Source: a virus (taxonomy: Duplodnaviria; Heunggongvirae; Uroviricota; Caudoviricetes). From it: a DNA stretch of 64,000 nt. Under the pieces are notes generated by a model. The model had not been told where the DNA came from. It did no database searches and saw only the letters and a program-made list of their open reading frames with translations. Position numbers and translations under genes: made by a program. Position 1 is the first letter of the stretch. Each line of letters begins with the position of its first letter. Of the stretch, positions 10,087 through 19,951 are shown piece after piece. The DNA is taken from IMG/VR virus record IMGVR_UViG_2667527592_000002, one strand, 5' to 3'.

Positions 10087-10098
10087 TGTGTTAGAAAA
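10087..10098 (+). promoter_or_regulatory. TGTTAGAAAA-type recurrent motif
   Basis: tgtgttagaaaa; second partial copy tgtttctaaat about 10 nt downstream. Confidence 0.4.
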
Positions 10099-10447
10099 TT
10101 AATTTGCTGTTTCTAAATCGGAATGTATGATCTGCATCATCGACTGAAGTCATCCATTGCTGAAATTTTTAGTTGATCTTCCATGTTTTCAGGCTTATAT
10201 TCATGCCGTCGTAGCAAATTCTGCGACCGGGTTTGACAGCCTGAATACTTACGCGGACAACCGCACATTTCCGATATTGCGGTATTTTTGTGTCCGTAAA
10301 ACCACGTTACGCCCGAATTATGGTGGGGCGTGATGGGGAGGCTTCGGCCTGCTGGTTTCGTAAGTGCCAGTCTGTCAACCCTGTCACGTCCTGCCACCTG
10401 TTTGACAGCGGGTCGCAGGTTGTTTATCAACTTACGAGGCCGTAACT

Positions 10448-10672
10448 ATGGTTAATGCCAATCCTTGCTCACGTCCAGAATTCATCTGGCGTTTCCACTC
10501 CCTGCAAAAACACTGCGATCACTTCGCAATTGCCGCAACCGAAAAAGAAGCCCGTTCTCTGATCCCTGATCAGTATGGTGTTCTTACTGGTCGTTTCTCT
10601 ACTTCCCCACAACCAAACACTAATCCCTGGTATCGCAATATTACCAATCCCGGAATTGCGGAGGCACACTGA
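10448..10672 (+). CDS. Icd-like small protein (cell-division inhibitor family; copy 1)
   Basis: 74 aa, ...EFIWRFHSLQKH...AIAATEKEAR...; paralogue at 50569..50784; precedes Ant-like gene with ATGA overlap. Confidence 0.45.
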   Translation: MVNANPCSRPEFIWRFHSLQKHCDHFAIAATEKEARSLIPDQYGVLTGRFSTSPQPNTNPWYRNITNPGIAEAH

Positions 10673-11379
10673 TGGAAATCTGCATTCTTGAAAAGCCATC
10701 AATGACCAGCATTGAGATCGCGGAGCTGGTGGGAAGTCGCCCGGATAACGTTAAACGCACTATTGAACGCTTGAGTAAATCAGGTGTTATTCCACTTCCT
10801 CCAATGGAGGTTTCCGAAAATATCAATAACTTAGGATTTAAAGTTAAAAATTCACACTACGTCTTCGAAGGCGAGCAAGGCAAGCGTGACAGTATCATTG
10901 TCGTTGCGCAGCTTTCTCCCGAATTCACCGCCCGGCTGGTGGACCGCTGGCGCGAACTGGAAGAACAAGTACGCCAGCCGTTGACCGAAATAGAGATGAT
11001 CGCCGCAATGGCTGCAAATGCAGTTCAGCAGCAAAAGCGGCTTCATGTTGTTGAGTCAAAGGTTAGCCAGGTGGTAGAAACCGTCGAGCAAATCAAGAAG
11101 GGCAACATGCCGGAAGGTTACATTGGCTACCGCCAGCTGGCGGCGAAATGCGGCCTGACCGAAGCCAAATGCCGCAACCTTGTCAACGCTTACCGGATTC
11201 CCACCGATACGCATGAGTTTTTAACTCCAGAGGGGGTATTGTCGCGTCGTTCCATCGTCGCCTTATCTCCCTTCATGAATGCTTTTAACCGGATGATGTC
11301 GGAGGCTGAACACCGAGGAAAACGTTGGTATCACCCAAAAATGGGGCAATTCCAGGTGATCGGTTGGGGAGGTGAGTGA
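10672..11379 (+). CDS. Rha/Ant-family antirepressor (copy 1)
   Basis: N-terminal MTSIEIAELVGSRPDNVKRTIERL (phage Rha-type motif); paralogue of 50784..51725. Confidence 0.7.
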   Translation: MEICILEKPSMTSIEIAELVGSRPDNVKRTIERLSKSGVIPLPPMEVSENINNLGFKVKNSHYVFEGEQGKRDSIIVVAQLSPEFTARLVDRWRELEEQVRQPLTEIEMIAAMAANAVQQQKRLHVVESKVSQVVETVEQIKKGNMPEGYIGYRQLAAKCGLTEAKCRNLVNAYRIPTDTHEFLTPEGVLSRRSIVALSPFMNAFNRMMSEAEHRGKRWYHPKMGQFQVIGWGGE

Positions 11380-11576
11380 TGGACATCATGCAGGCGGTAA
11401 AAAAAATCAGGGAAGGACAGGCTGAAGTGTGCCGCCGTAAAGCATGGAGTGTTGGTGTATGGGCCTGGCCTGATAATTACTCTACTACCGGATGGTTTTG
11501 TATTAATGGACTCCAGATCCGGGAAGTTGATTTATCGACGGCTGATATAGTCGGTAATGATTGGATGGTGACTTGA
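11376..11576 (+). CDS. small DUF2829 (Tad2-type)-like protein
   Basis: 66 aa, ...KKIREGQAEVCRRKAW...DLSTADIVGNDWMVT; matches C-terminal extension of Ant copy 2. Confidence 0.4.
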   Translation: MMDIMQAVKKIREGQAEVCRRKAWSVGVWAWPDNYSTTGWFCINGLQIREVDLSTADIVGNDWMVT

Positions 11577-11584
11577 AGCGTGAT

Positions 11585-11609
11585 GCCCCGGCCTGGCCGG
11601 GGCTTTTTT
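11585..11609. terminator. bidirectional hairpin terminator
   Basis: gccccggcctggccggggc + TTTTTT between convergent genes. Confidence 0.6.
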
Positions 11610-12094
11610 CATGCCTCATTAGTTGAGGTTGCTGCGTCTCCGACTGGTAACAGCGCGGTATTGCGTGGTTCGCCAGCAGGCCAGCGATAGCCAGACACTC
11701 TTGATGTTGGGAATGCGCGAATATTAACCGCATCCCCCTGGTTCCCACCCAAGACAAGCAGATCGCCATTGGCGCGGCGTCCGACAACGAAGCCTACGTG
11801 CCCACCGCCTACGCGGGTAAATACAACGATACATCCGTATGCCGGTGTATCTAATTTCTCGCCCCAATCCAGATAGGATTTTGCCGACTCAAATCTTGTT
11901 GAGCGGATGCCTACACGTTCCAGCATTGCACCGACAAATGCTGCGCACCACGGCGTTTCATCGTCTTTAATTCCGCCGCGCTTGATGTCGCGCCAGAACT
12001 GAACGATTTCAGGGTTGTGTTTAGCGCCTTTTATTTCAGTCAGGCCAATGTGCTTACGGGCTTCAATTAGCCAGCGAGGTTCAATGTTTGCCAT
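11609..12094 (-). CDS. CHAP / NlpC-P60-like cell-wall peptidase
   Basis: ...TPWCAAFVGAML... Cys nucleophile context and ...GGGHVGFVVG... His motif; 161 aa. Confidence 0.55.
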   Translation of the reverse strand: MANIEPRWLIEARKHIGLTEIKGAKHNPEIVQFWRDIKRGGIKDDETPWCAAFVGAMLERVGIRSTRFESAKSYLDWGEKLDTPAYGCIVVFTRVGGGHVGFVVGRRANGDLLVLGGNQGDAVNIRAFPTSRVSGYRWPAGEPRNTALLPVGDAATSTNEA

Positions 12095-12244
12095 ATTTTT
12101 CTCCCGGTCATGGGTTAATAAGTAGGCAAACTATGGGGAGTATGTGATTTTGACGGTAGTATCGTCCCCCTGAAAATAACATTCTCCATACCCTCTCAAC
12201 CGTACCGCATAGCGGAATTTTTACGGTTTAGAGGGGGAAATCCT

Positions 12245-15200
12245 TTGGACAAACTACTTCATTCAATCAGTGAAGCCTCCAGCTTAGGCGAACTGATTGA
12301 AATTGTTAGTCGGTTGCATAAATTACGTGCTGTTGCGACCTTTGGCGTCAGGAAAGCCGATGGCGTCAGTATTCAGAAAACACGCCGGGCAGCAAACAAC
12401 GCCGCAGTAAATCTTCTTAATTCCCTTCCGCCCGGCTTCGATGGGGCGAAATTAACTGACGAACAACGTCAGATTCTTGCCGGGTATACCGGTGAAGGTG
12501 GCCTGACAGATGGTGAGGGCAGCCAATACGAATACTACACGCCACAGTTTATGGCTGAAGGTATATGGGATCTGTTTGCTGACTACGGTATTGATGGTGG
12601 GCACGTACTGGAACCATCAGCGGGCACAGGTATTTTCCAGGAGACAAAACGGCAGGGCATGATAATGACCAGCGCCGAACTGTCTCCGATTTCCGGTCGA
12701 ATAAACCAGCTTTTGCACCCGGAAGACGATGTGAATATCGGGGCGTTTGAGGCGCTGGCGGCGAAAGACGCAATGTATGACCACGCTGTTGGTAACGTAC
12801 CGTTTGGTGAAGGGCGTTCCGGCGTTGCCGGGCTTGATCCGGCATATGCAAACGAGAAGAACGTTGGCAATTACTTTGTGTTGCGCACGATCGACAAGGT
12901 TAAGCCTGGTGGACTAATTGTATTGGTGGTGCCGAATGGCATGACCGATGGTACGAAATACAAAAAATTGCGCGATAAAGTCAGCCGTAAAGCGGAATTT
13001 TTGGGCGCACATCGTATGCCTTCTGGTACGTTCAGCGAATCCGGTACAGATACCGTGGTGGACGTATGGGTATTGCGTAAACACCCGGAAACCTTCCTGG
13101 AGATGATCCCCGACACGGATGATGCAACGCTCAAATCGGCAAACGTCCTTTGGGATACCTTCCTCAAAGGGAAATGGTTTACAACCGAAGGGAAGCGATT
13201 TGTTTACGGCGACATGGAACGCACCAGCTTCCGCAATACCCTGGTGGTGAAAAAGGATGGTCGTGTATCCAATGAGTCGATGAAAACCGCGCTATCTCGT
13301 CGCTTTGATAGTCGCATCAATTGGGATTTGCTCGGCGTAACTACTCAGGCATGGCAGGGCGCGAAAGTGGGCGATAAACGCCTTGTAGGCGGTATCTGGC
13401 ATGAGTTTGATGGCCTGAAATGGGTTAAGGACACGACAACCAAATCCTCCGCGCTTGATGTAAGTCGATATGGTGTTTCGACGTTTGGCGATCTGCAGAT
13501 CGCGTTCCAGTCAACAAACGGGATTCTGGCTTTGTCATGGGACCAGATATCGGCGATCGCGTCCGACTATCCATCGGTTGTCAGTGATGAAGTGGCAGCA
13601 ATGATTCGCTTTGCTGGCAAGCAGCGAGAAAAAGACAGGGAGCGCGTTATGCGCGGTGCGCTGATAGGTCAGTTGATCAACAAGGCACTTGATTTGCGTA
13701 ACCTGGGTGTGAACGTTGATGACAAACTGGCAGATGCATCCCGCCTGGCGGCAGCAGAAGTTGCGAAGTATGGACCACCGCACGCGATTAAGCTGAATGG
13801 GCTTGCTGAAGCTGGCGCTAAAAACTGGATGACGTTCACTGGCAATGTGAAACAGGATGGTTCCACTTCTGACCTTCTGGCAGGGCGACTTGATGTAACG
13901 GATGGTGCTGCCGGTATTGACTTTACCCGTCCTGAACAAGTGATAGCACATCTTTTCAGTGATGTAGCCCTTAATCCTATAACGCTGGGAGACTTTCGTG
14001 AGGCGTTTGCTGGTGAACTGCCAGAGGACGACGACGCGGCCCTTGAATTCCTGGCGAAATTTGATGATATCGCTATTGATGGGTATGGCTGCCTGCTGCC
14101 GATGGACCGCGCCACCAGCGGCGATATTGCAACCAAAACAGCATTGCTGGTGGGCTGGCGTGATGCGTCAATAGGTGAGCAGAAAGCGAACTTTGAGCGT
14201 CAGTTGGCGAAAATCGAAGAGAAACGCATTTTCACGCCACTAAATAAAGTCACCGTTAATCTGAACGCCCGCTGGCTGGATCGCCGCTTGATAAAAGAGT
14301 TCCTGGCAGAGCAGGGCTATGACGAGTTTAAGTACACTGAACCTGATCTGAAGGTCGTCGATGGCATTCTGGTATCTCCGGACGATTACGAAGGTAAGGA
14401 CGGGGTATTTACCGGCTATCAGCTACGAACCGTAAACGGCAAAAACGGGAATGAGTTCAAGAAGGCCAACAATAAAGACGGCTTCCTGAACCAGTTAGAA
14501 AACTACCTGAACGGCGTCAAACCGCGCGGGCAGAACGCTAACGAGTACCTGGATAAGATTGCTCAACTTGAAGTTAGCTTTAACGACTGGTTACGCACTC
14601 ACCCGCAGGCTGATCAGATAGCCCGTGACTATAACGACGCATTCAATGGTTTCATTCCGTTCACGCATTCTGACGCACCGCTTGGCCTGGAAGGGCTTAG
14701 TGGAAAGCGCATTCCTCTTACTTATCAGAATGAAGAAGTTCGGCGCTTGTCAGAAGATGGGCGCGGCATCATGGGATTTGGTACCGGGCTGGGTAAAACC
14801 ACGACCGCGCTTGCGCTTGAGGCGTATAACTTCGAAACAGGTCGCACTAAACGCACGTGTATTGTTGTTCCGAAGGCGGTTTATCAGAACTGGTATCACG
14901 AGGCACAGAGTTTCTACAGTGCTGATGCCTTCGCCAATATGATGTTTATCGGTTTGGATGAAGTTCGTGATGACAGCGGAAATATTCTGACCGCGCCGGT
15001 GCTTGATGAAAATGGCGAACCACGCCTCGACAGTAACGGGCAGCCTCTTACCAGAAATGTTGTGAAAGAGTCCGCCAGCGCCGTTATCGTTCAGCGCATG
15101 AACATGATCCCGTCGTCAAATTGGCGAACGGTCATCATGACAAAAGAACAATTCGCGTCTATCCCGCTACGAGAAAAAACCATCGAGGAGAACTCACAGC

Positions 15201-18200
15201 AAGCTGTCTTTAATGCTGTGGAAATGGGGCGTCTTGACCTGGCGTCCGGTAAACACCGTGATGCGCAGAAGAAGAACAAGATTAAGGATCAGGCCGCGAA
15301 TACCGGTACAACGAAGAAGCAGAATATCCCGTACTTTGAGGATATGAACTTCGATAGCGTGATTGCCGACGAGGGGCATAACTACCGCAACTCCTTTAAT
15401 GCCGGGCGTGAAGCGGGACAACTGGCATATTTGCCTAATCCGGCAGTATCCAAGATGGCCCGCGACATGGCTGTAAAAGCTGCGTACATGATGAAACGCA
15501 ACAACGGGCGTGGTGTAGTCATGCTGACGGCAACTCCGCTGGTGAACAGTCCGATTGATGCCTTCAACATGCTGTCTACTGTCATTCCGCAGGAAGAGTG
15601 GATGCGCATGGGCATCATTACGCCTGATGATTTCGTTCGTGTGTTTGGCAAAACAGCCACAGTTCAGGTCCAGAAAATTTCCGGGGAAGTGGAAGAGAAG
15701 CAGGGGCTGGTGGGCTTCCAGAACCTTGACGGCCTGCGTGGTATTTTCCATCGTTGGACCACTCTGAAGACTGCTGCAGATGTCGGAGCGACGGTTAAAA
15801 TTCCCGACATCATTGAGAACACCTTGCAGATCCCGATGACAGGGGAGCAGGAGACTGCTTATGAAGAGCTTCGTAAGCGTGCTCAGGAGTTAAGTCGCAA
15901 TGATGAGCTGACAGTCGATGAAAACGGGCATATCACTAACGACAAACCAGATGATTTCATCTTCTCCATCATCCGTGACATGGACAAGGTTGCTATAGAC
16001 CCGGATCTGTATGCCAGTGCGATTACATTCCAGTTCCCCGTTGAGCTTGCAGACCAGGTAAAAGCTATTGCTGATGCCTTGCCAAAAGTAGCTGGCGGTA
16101 AAGTGGCAGATGATGTTGATGAGGCCGAGGAAGACGGCGCTGGCGGGCTGGTCAGTACGCGTACCAGCAAGGTAGTGAAGACCGCTTTTAGTGAACATCC
16201 GACGCATGTTGAAATACGTGCCAGCATTGAACTGGAAGCTGAAATACTGAAGGCCATTGCGGCTGCCGGTATTGATATGCAGCAGGTATCGCACCCCATC
16301 CCGCCGAAGTATGCCGCGCTGATCGAAAATCTTCGTGAAGGTCTGAAGAACGGTAAGCAGATCGTCTTTATTGATGAAAAAGCCCAGCACCAGAAGCTGC
16401 GCCGTATTATCGCCAGTGCACTGCAAATGCCGGAGCAGGAGATTGGCATTATCAATGCGACGACAGTTAGCCAGGCTGGCGGCATCAAGCTGAAGAAGGT
16501 GAATAAGCCGACCGAACCTACTCCAAACAAAAACGGTGAATACAAAGAAGGGGCATGGGAAACCTACTACAGCAAACTTGCACAATATGAGGATTATCTC
16601 TCAGCTAAAAATGATGCTGGCCTTGAGGGCATGGAAGGTATTGCCGCCGACTATAACGAAGGTCGCACGCGCATCATAATCTGTAACAAGAAGGCTGAAG
16701 TAGGTATTAACCTGCACATCGGGACAACCGATATCCATCACCTGACACTACCCTGGACACCAGCCAGTATCGACCAACGAAATGGGCGCGGTGCGCGCGT
16801 AGGTTCACCGCAAGAAAAGGTCAATGTTCACTACTATTGTGGCAAAGGCACATTCGATGACTTCCGTCTGGATACGCTGAAACGTAAGAAAGACTGGATC
16901 AAGATGGTGATGACATCCGACATGTCAGAGATCGCCAATGGTGATGCAGATGATGCTGATGAACGCGCCATTATGCTGGCGGCAAACCCGGAAGAACGCC
17001 GCGCAATCATGGCTCGCCAGGCGCAAGAGCGTGAAGAACGTCTGAAACTGAAAGCACAGCGCGAGGCCAACAATGCTCTCGATATCTACCTGAAAGCGGC
17101 AAACGCCGCCGGAAAAGATATCGGCATGATGGAGACAGAACTGAAAAGCGCGATGGAACAGATAGAGTATTACCAGCGCAATCTTGACGACCTGATAAAA
17201 GCGGGTACGAACAGGAATGGGCAAAAATACGCGCTTGAGCAGTTGAGTAGCTACAGAAAACGTGCGCGGGTGCTGCGGTTTGCGATCACCATGGCAAAAG
17301 ACGCGGATACCATAATGAAACGCTCTCGTGGTGATGTGGAGCGCGCTATTAAGTCTGGTGTGCTGGATATCAGTATCGATGTTATTCAGAACCCACAGGA
17401 ATATATGCGCACTGACAAGAATATCCTGTTGCATAAAGGTAGTTATTACCGTGCAGTCATTGATGATCGCGAAACAACAGCGATTGTCCGGGTGGAAAAA
17501 ATTGACGGTGAAAAAGCACAATACATCTGCCGTATCGCCTGGCTGGATAGAGCAAGTCGTTACGCTCGATCACCGGGGTCAATCGTTACATTGCCGTTTG
17601 ACTCTGTGATTGAAGCGGTAACTTTTGAAGAGGGGGTTGCTGAATCACGCGCAACGGCTGCGCGTGGTGTTCAGTGCCACCAGCTATCAACAATACTTAC
17701 TCGCGATCAGTTCTATGATGCTATTCGCAATGGGGTAATGAATGTTATTGCTGGTAAACCTGGTAATGCATGGGGCGGTGGATCAGCTATTAAATACTGG
17801 GCCTATCGCACAGATGATGGGCAGATCGCGCTGTCATCGACCTATGATGGCGTGATAGGCCAACAAATCGGGCGAGCATCGGATATAGCACCTGAACGAT
17901 GGATATATCCTGATGGCAACGACGAGGCGCTGAAGCGTGAAGTGGCAAAAATACAAGCCAGTGATAACCCGCTGAATATCGTGGACGGAGAGGGATTCCT
18001 CCAGGCATTGTATGGGTATGATTACATCCAGGGAATGCAGGCATGGGGCGCACAAGCGACGATGGATGATGTTGCCCAGGAGTTCGAAAACTGGATGGCT
18101 GGGCGTGGTCTGTCAGGTCGTTCGCTTAATAAAGTCACTTCTGAAGATATTCTTAGCTTGTTCCGTAAACCGTCCGGAGAAGGTCTGGAATCATTCTGGA

Positions 18201-19081
18201 GGACCGTGCTGGCATACCGTTTATTCCAGGGCAGGATGAAAGCCTTTAGCAATATCGATGATATTGAACGGATGTTTAATCAGGTCAAGATCGCGAAAAT
18301 TAAGGCGAAGATCGAAAAAACACGTTCTGCGCTGGTGGCCTGGCGCGATGCATTGTTTGAGCAATATAAATCACTCAGTGATGCAGATGGATGGGCGGCG
18401 CTGGAACAGTTGGCGAATAATGGGGTAGATGGAGCGAAACTCGCCATTGTCCAGGCTGATAACCCCCTGGAATCACCGGCAGCACAGTGGATTAAGGTGG
18501 GGGCTGTCATCAATGCATTTGATGAAAAACACATTAGTAAGGACGATTTTGCTGATGCTGTTTCTGTTAATCGCCTGGTAGAAATGGCTACCCGCCGCGC
18601 CCGTGAGTTGAAAGATGGCGACTATGTGAATGAGTTGCCGGATACGCTCAAATCGGCAACGTGGCAGGACTATGTATCGCTGAAAAACGGCGGGGCCACT
18701 GAATCAGAAATCGCGGAAAGGCTTGAGCAGGCTGAAAGCAAAAGAGAAGAGCAGGCGGCAGTGGCTGAAGCCAGAGCTGATGAAGCGGCAAATGATGACT
18801 ATATCATTGTGGTTAATGATAAGCCGATTCGCGCTAAGGCGCGTGTTCGCGGGCGCTGGTGGAGCGTCAGCGAGGACGTTGGCGCGGTTTATCTCATTGC
18901 CGACCAACCAGGTTCCTCGACAATAAGGAACGCCAAAGACGCGATTAAGAAGATTGGCGGGCGTTTCTGGAATTTTGAAGTGAATCCGGTCGCGGATGTG
19001 GACTTTGACCGTCCGGCGTGGATGGTATCTACGCGTTACTCGGTAGATGAACTGCGTAAAATAATCGCCGATGCGGCCTAA
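12245..19081 (+). CDS. darB: DarB-like giant antirestriction protein: N6-adenine methyltransferase + DExH/SNF2-type helicase
   Basis: 2278 aa; MTase motif I VLEPSAGTGIF and motif IV-like GNVPFG; helicase motifs GFGTGLGKTTTAL, VIADEGHNYRN, LTATPLVNS, IDQRNGRGARVG; TTG start. Confidence 0.8.
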   Translation: MDKLLHSISEASSLGELIEIVSRLHKLRAVATFGVRKADGVSIQKTRRAANNAAVNLLNSLPPGFDGAKLTDEQRQILAGYTGEGGLTDGEGSQYEYYTPQFMAEGIWDLFADYGIDGGHVLEPSAGTGIFQETKRQGMIMTSAELSPISGRINQLLHPEDDVNIGAFEALAAKDAMYDHAVGNVPFGEGRSGVAGLDPAYANEKNVGNYFVLRTIDKVKPGGLIVLVVPNGMTDGTKYKKLRDKVSRKAEFLGAHRMPSGTFSESGTDTVVDVWVLRKHPETFLEMIPDTDDATLKSANVLWDTFLKGKWFTTEGKRFVYGDMERTSFRNTLVVKKDGRVSNESMKTALSRRFDSRINWDLLGVTTQAWQGAKVGDKRLVGGIWHEFDGLKWVKDTTTKSSALDVSRYGVSTFGDLQIAFQSTNGILALSWDQISAIASDYPSVVSDEVAAMIRFAGKQREKDRERVMRGALIGQLINKALDLRNLGVNVDDKLADASRLAAAEVAKYGPPHAIKLNGLAEAGAKNWMTFTGNVKQDGSTSDLLAGRLDVTDGAAGIDFTRPEQVIAHLFSDVALNPITLGDFREAFAGELPEDDDAALEFLAKFDDIAIDGYGCLLPMDRATSGDIATKTALLVGWRDASIGEQKANFERQLAKIEEKRIFTPLNKVTVNLNARWLDRRLIKEFLAEQGYDEFKYTEPDLKVVDGILVSPDDYEGKDGVFTGYQLRTVNGKNGNEFKKANNKDGFLNQLENYLNGVKPRGQNANEYLDKIAQLEVSFNDWLRTHPQADQIARDYNDAFNGFIPFTHSDAPLGLEGLSGKRIPLTYQNEEVRRLSEDGRGIMGFGTGLGKTTTALALEAYNFETGRTKRTCIVVPKAVYQNWYHEAQSFYSADAFANMMFIGLDEVRDDSGNILTAPVLDENGEPRLDSNGQPLTRNVVKESASAVIVQRMNMIPSSNWRTVIMTKEQFASIPLREKTIEENSQQAVFNAVEMGRLDLASGKHRDAQKKNKIKDQAANTGTTKKQNIPYFEDMNFDSVIADEGHNYRNSFNAGREAGQLAYLPNPAVSKMARDMAVKAAYMMKRNNGRGVVMLTATPLVNSPIDAFNMLSTVIPQEEWMRMGIITPDDFVRVFGKTATVQVQKISGEVEEKQGLVGFQNLDGLRGIFHRWTTLKTAADVGATVKIPDIIENTLQIPMTGEQETAYEELRKRAQELSRNDELTVDENGHITNDKPDDFIFSIIRDMDKVAIDPDLYASAITFQFPVELADQVKAIADALPKVAGGKVADDVDEAEEDGAGGLVSTRTSKVVKTAFSEHPTHVEIRASIELEAEILKAIAAAGIDMQQVSHPIPPKYAALIENLREGLKNGKQIVFIDEKAQHQKLRRIIASALQMPEQEIGIINATTVSQAGGIKLKKVNKPTEPTPNKNGEYKEGAWETYYSKLAQYEDYLSAKNDAGLEGMEGIAADYNEGRTRIIICNKKAEVGINLHIGTTDIHHLTLPWTPASIDQRNGRGARVGSPQEKVNVHYYCGKGTFDDFRLDTLKRKKDWIKMVMTSDMSEIANGDADDADERAIMLAANPEERRAIMARQAQEREERLKLKAQREANNALDIYLKAANAAGKDIGMMETELKSAMEQIEYYQRNLDDLIKAGTNRNGQKYALEQLSSYRKRARVLRFAITMAKDADTIMKRSRGDVERAIKSGVLDISIDVIQNPQEYMRTDKNILLHKGSYYRAVIDDRETTAIVRVEKIDGEKAQYICRIAWLDRASRYARSPGSIVTLPFDSVIEAVTFEEGVAESRATAARGVQCHQLSTILTRDQFYDAIRNGVMNVIAGKPGNAWGGGSAIKYWAYRTDDGQIALSSTYDGVIGQQIGRASDIAPERWIYPDGNDEALKREVAKIQASDNPLNIVDGEGFLQALYGYDYIQGMQAWGAQATMDDVAQEFENWMAGRGLSGRSLNKVTSEDILSLFRKPSGEGLESFWRTVLAYRLFQGRMKAFSNIDDIERMFNQVKIAKIKAKIEKTRSALVAWRDALFEQYKSLSDADGWAALEQLANNGVDGAKLAIVQADNPLESPAAQWIKVGAVINAFDEKHISKDDFADAVSVNRLVEMATRRARELKDGDYVNELPDTLKSATWQDYVSLKNGGATESEIAERLEQAESKREEQAAVAEARADEAANDDYIIVVNDKPIRAKARVRGRWWSVSEDVGAVYLIADQPGSSTIRNAKDAIKKIGGRFWNFEVNPVADVDFDRPAWMVSTRYSVDELRKIIADAA

Positions 19082-19117
19082 CAGATAAGGAGCGGCCCCA
19101 ACCGGGGCCGAATTTGA

Positions 19118-19552
19118 ATGACGACATTAATTGACACTGTAAAACCGACGGAATCCTACCTTGAGGACATTTTGCCGCAGGCGCTCAATGGCAGGAGTGA
19201 AGAGGCGTTTCTGGATGCATATCTGAATGGCATGGTGGAAAGGCTGAAACGAGATCCACAGCTTTATCACCTTTATGGGCCGTGGTGGCCTGCGCTTAAA
19301 ACGTTATTGCTGGAGCGCGGCGACATATCATTTGGACAAGTTGTAGATAGTGATGTGGCAGAGATCTACAAAATGAGTCGCCCGGCGCTTACGGTTTTGG
19401 CTGGGCATCTGTATTCGAGCGATCGCCTGGAAAATGACGCGGTATACAATCCCGTTCATGCTCTGGAAGTCGCACCTTATGCTGATGATACAGAGCCATA
19501 CGTGTACACAAGTTACGACGAGTCTATAGAGAAATATCGAATCATGGGGTAG
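19118..19552 (+). CDS. hypothetical protein
   Basis: 144 aa ORF directly after DarB-like gene. Confidence 0.3.
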   Translation: MTTLIDTVKPTESYLEDILPQALNGRSEEAFLDAYLNGMVERLKRDPQLYHLYGPWWPALKTLLLERGDISFGQVVDSDVAEIYKMSRPALTVLAGHLYSSDRLENDAVYNPVHALEVAPYADDTEPYVYTSYDESIEKYRIMG

Positions 19553-19554
19553 CC

Positions 19555-19815
19555 ATGCGAAAGAATCGTAGGTTTACGGTCGAAGACCTAAAGGAATATT
19601 CCATATCGAAGGGGTATGTCCTTGAGTTCCACCGATACAAGAAGGTTTTTACGCTGCGAAAAGCAGAAAACCCCGCGAACTGGAGCTGGGTATACTTTCC
19701 TCACACCGATGATAAGTTGGTAGAACTTGTTGATGATTTAACCTATGAAGGTTGGTTGATCGCAATCGACAAGACAATCAGAGAATTATCCGAACAGGAT
19801 AAAATAACCCTTTAA
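19555..19815 (+). CDS. hypothetical protein
   Basis: 86 aa ORF, tight spacing. Confidence 0.3.
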   Translation: MRKNRRFTVEDLKEYSISKGYVLEFHRYKKVFTLRKAENPANWSWVYFPHTDDKLVELVDDLTYEGWLIAIDKTIRELSEQDKITL

Positions 19816-19951
19816 AAATAATAGGTTGGGTAAATGCCATGCGATTTACCCTCCTTGTTGATTAAGGTCACTCTTTACTCTAAAAGCAAATCCGACCTGT
19901 TGCATATAGACCATCCTTGAGTAGTATCTCTCTTGTTTTACAAATCTAACG

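Noticed and set aside
10137-10430. 97-aa minus-strand ORF upstream of icd-like copy 1
   Set aside because: Lies in a hairpin-rich leader that more likely encodes an immunity RNA; no RBS; Arg/Pro-rich translation.
13535-17521. Several minus-strand ORFs of 138-231 aa (13535..13951, 13669..14136, 15194..15751, 15883..16545, 15890..16585, 16925..17521)
   Set aside because: All lie antisense inside the DarB-like gene, which has continuous MTase and helicase motifs; low-complexity translations typical of antisense frames.
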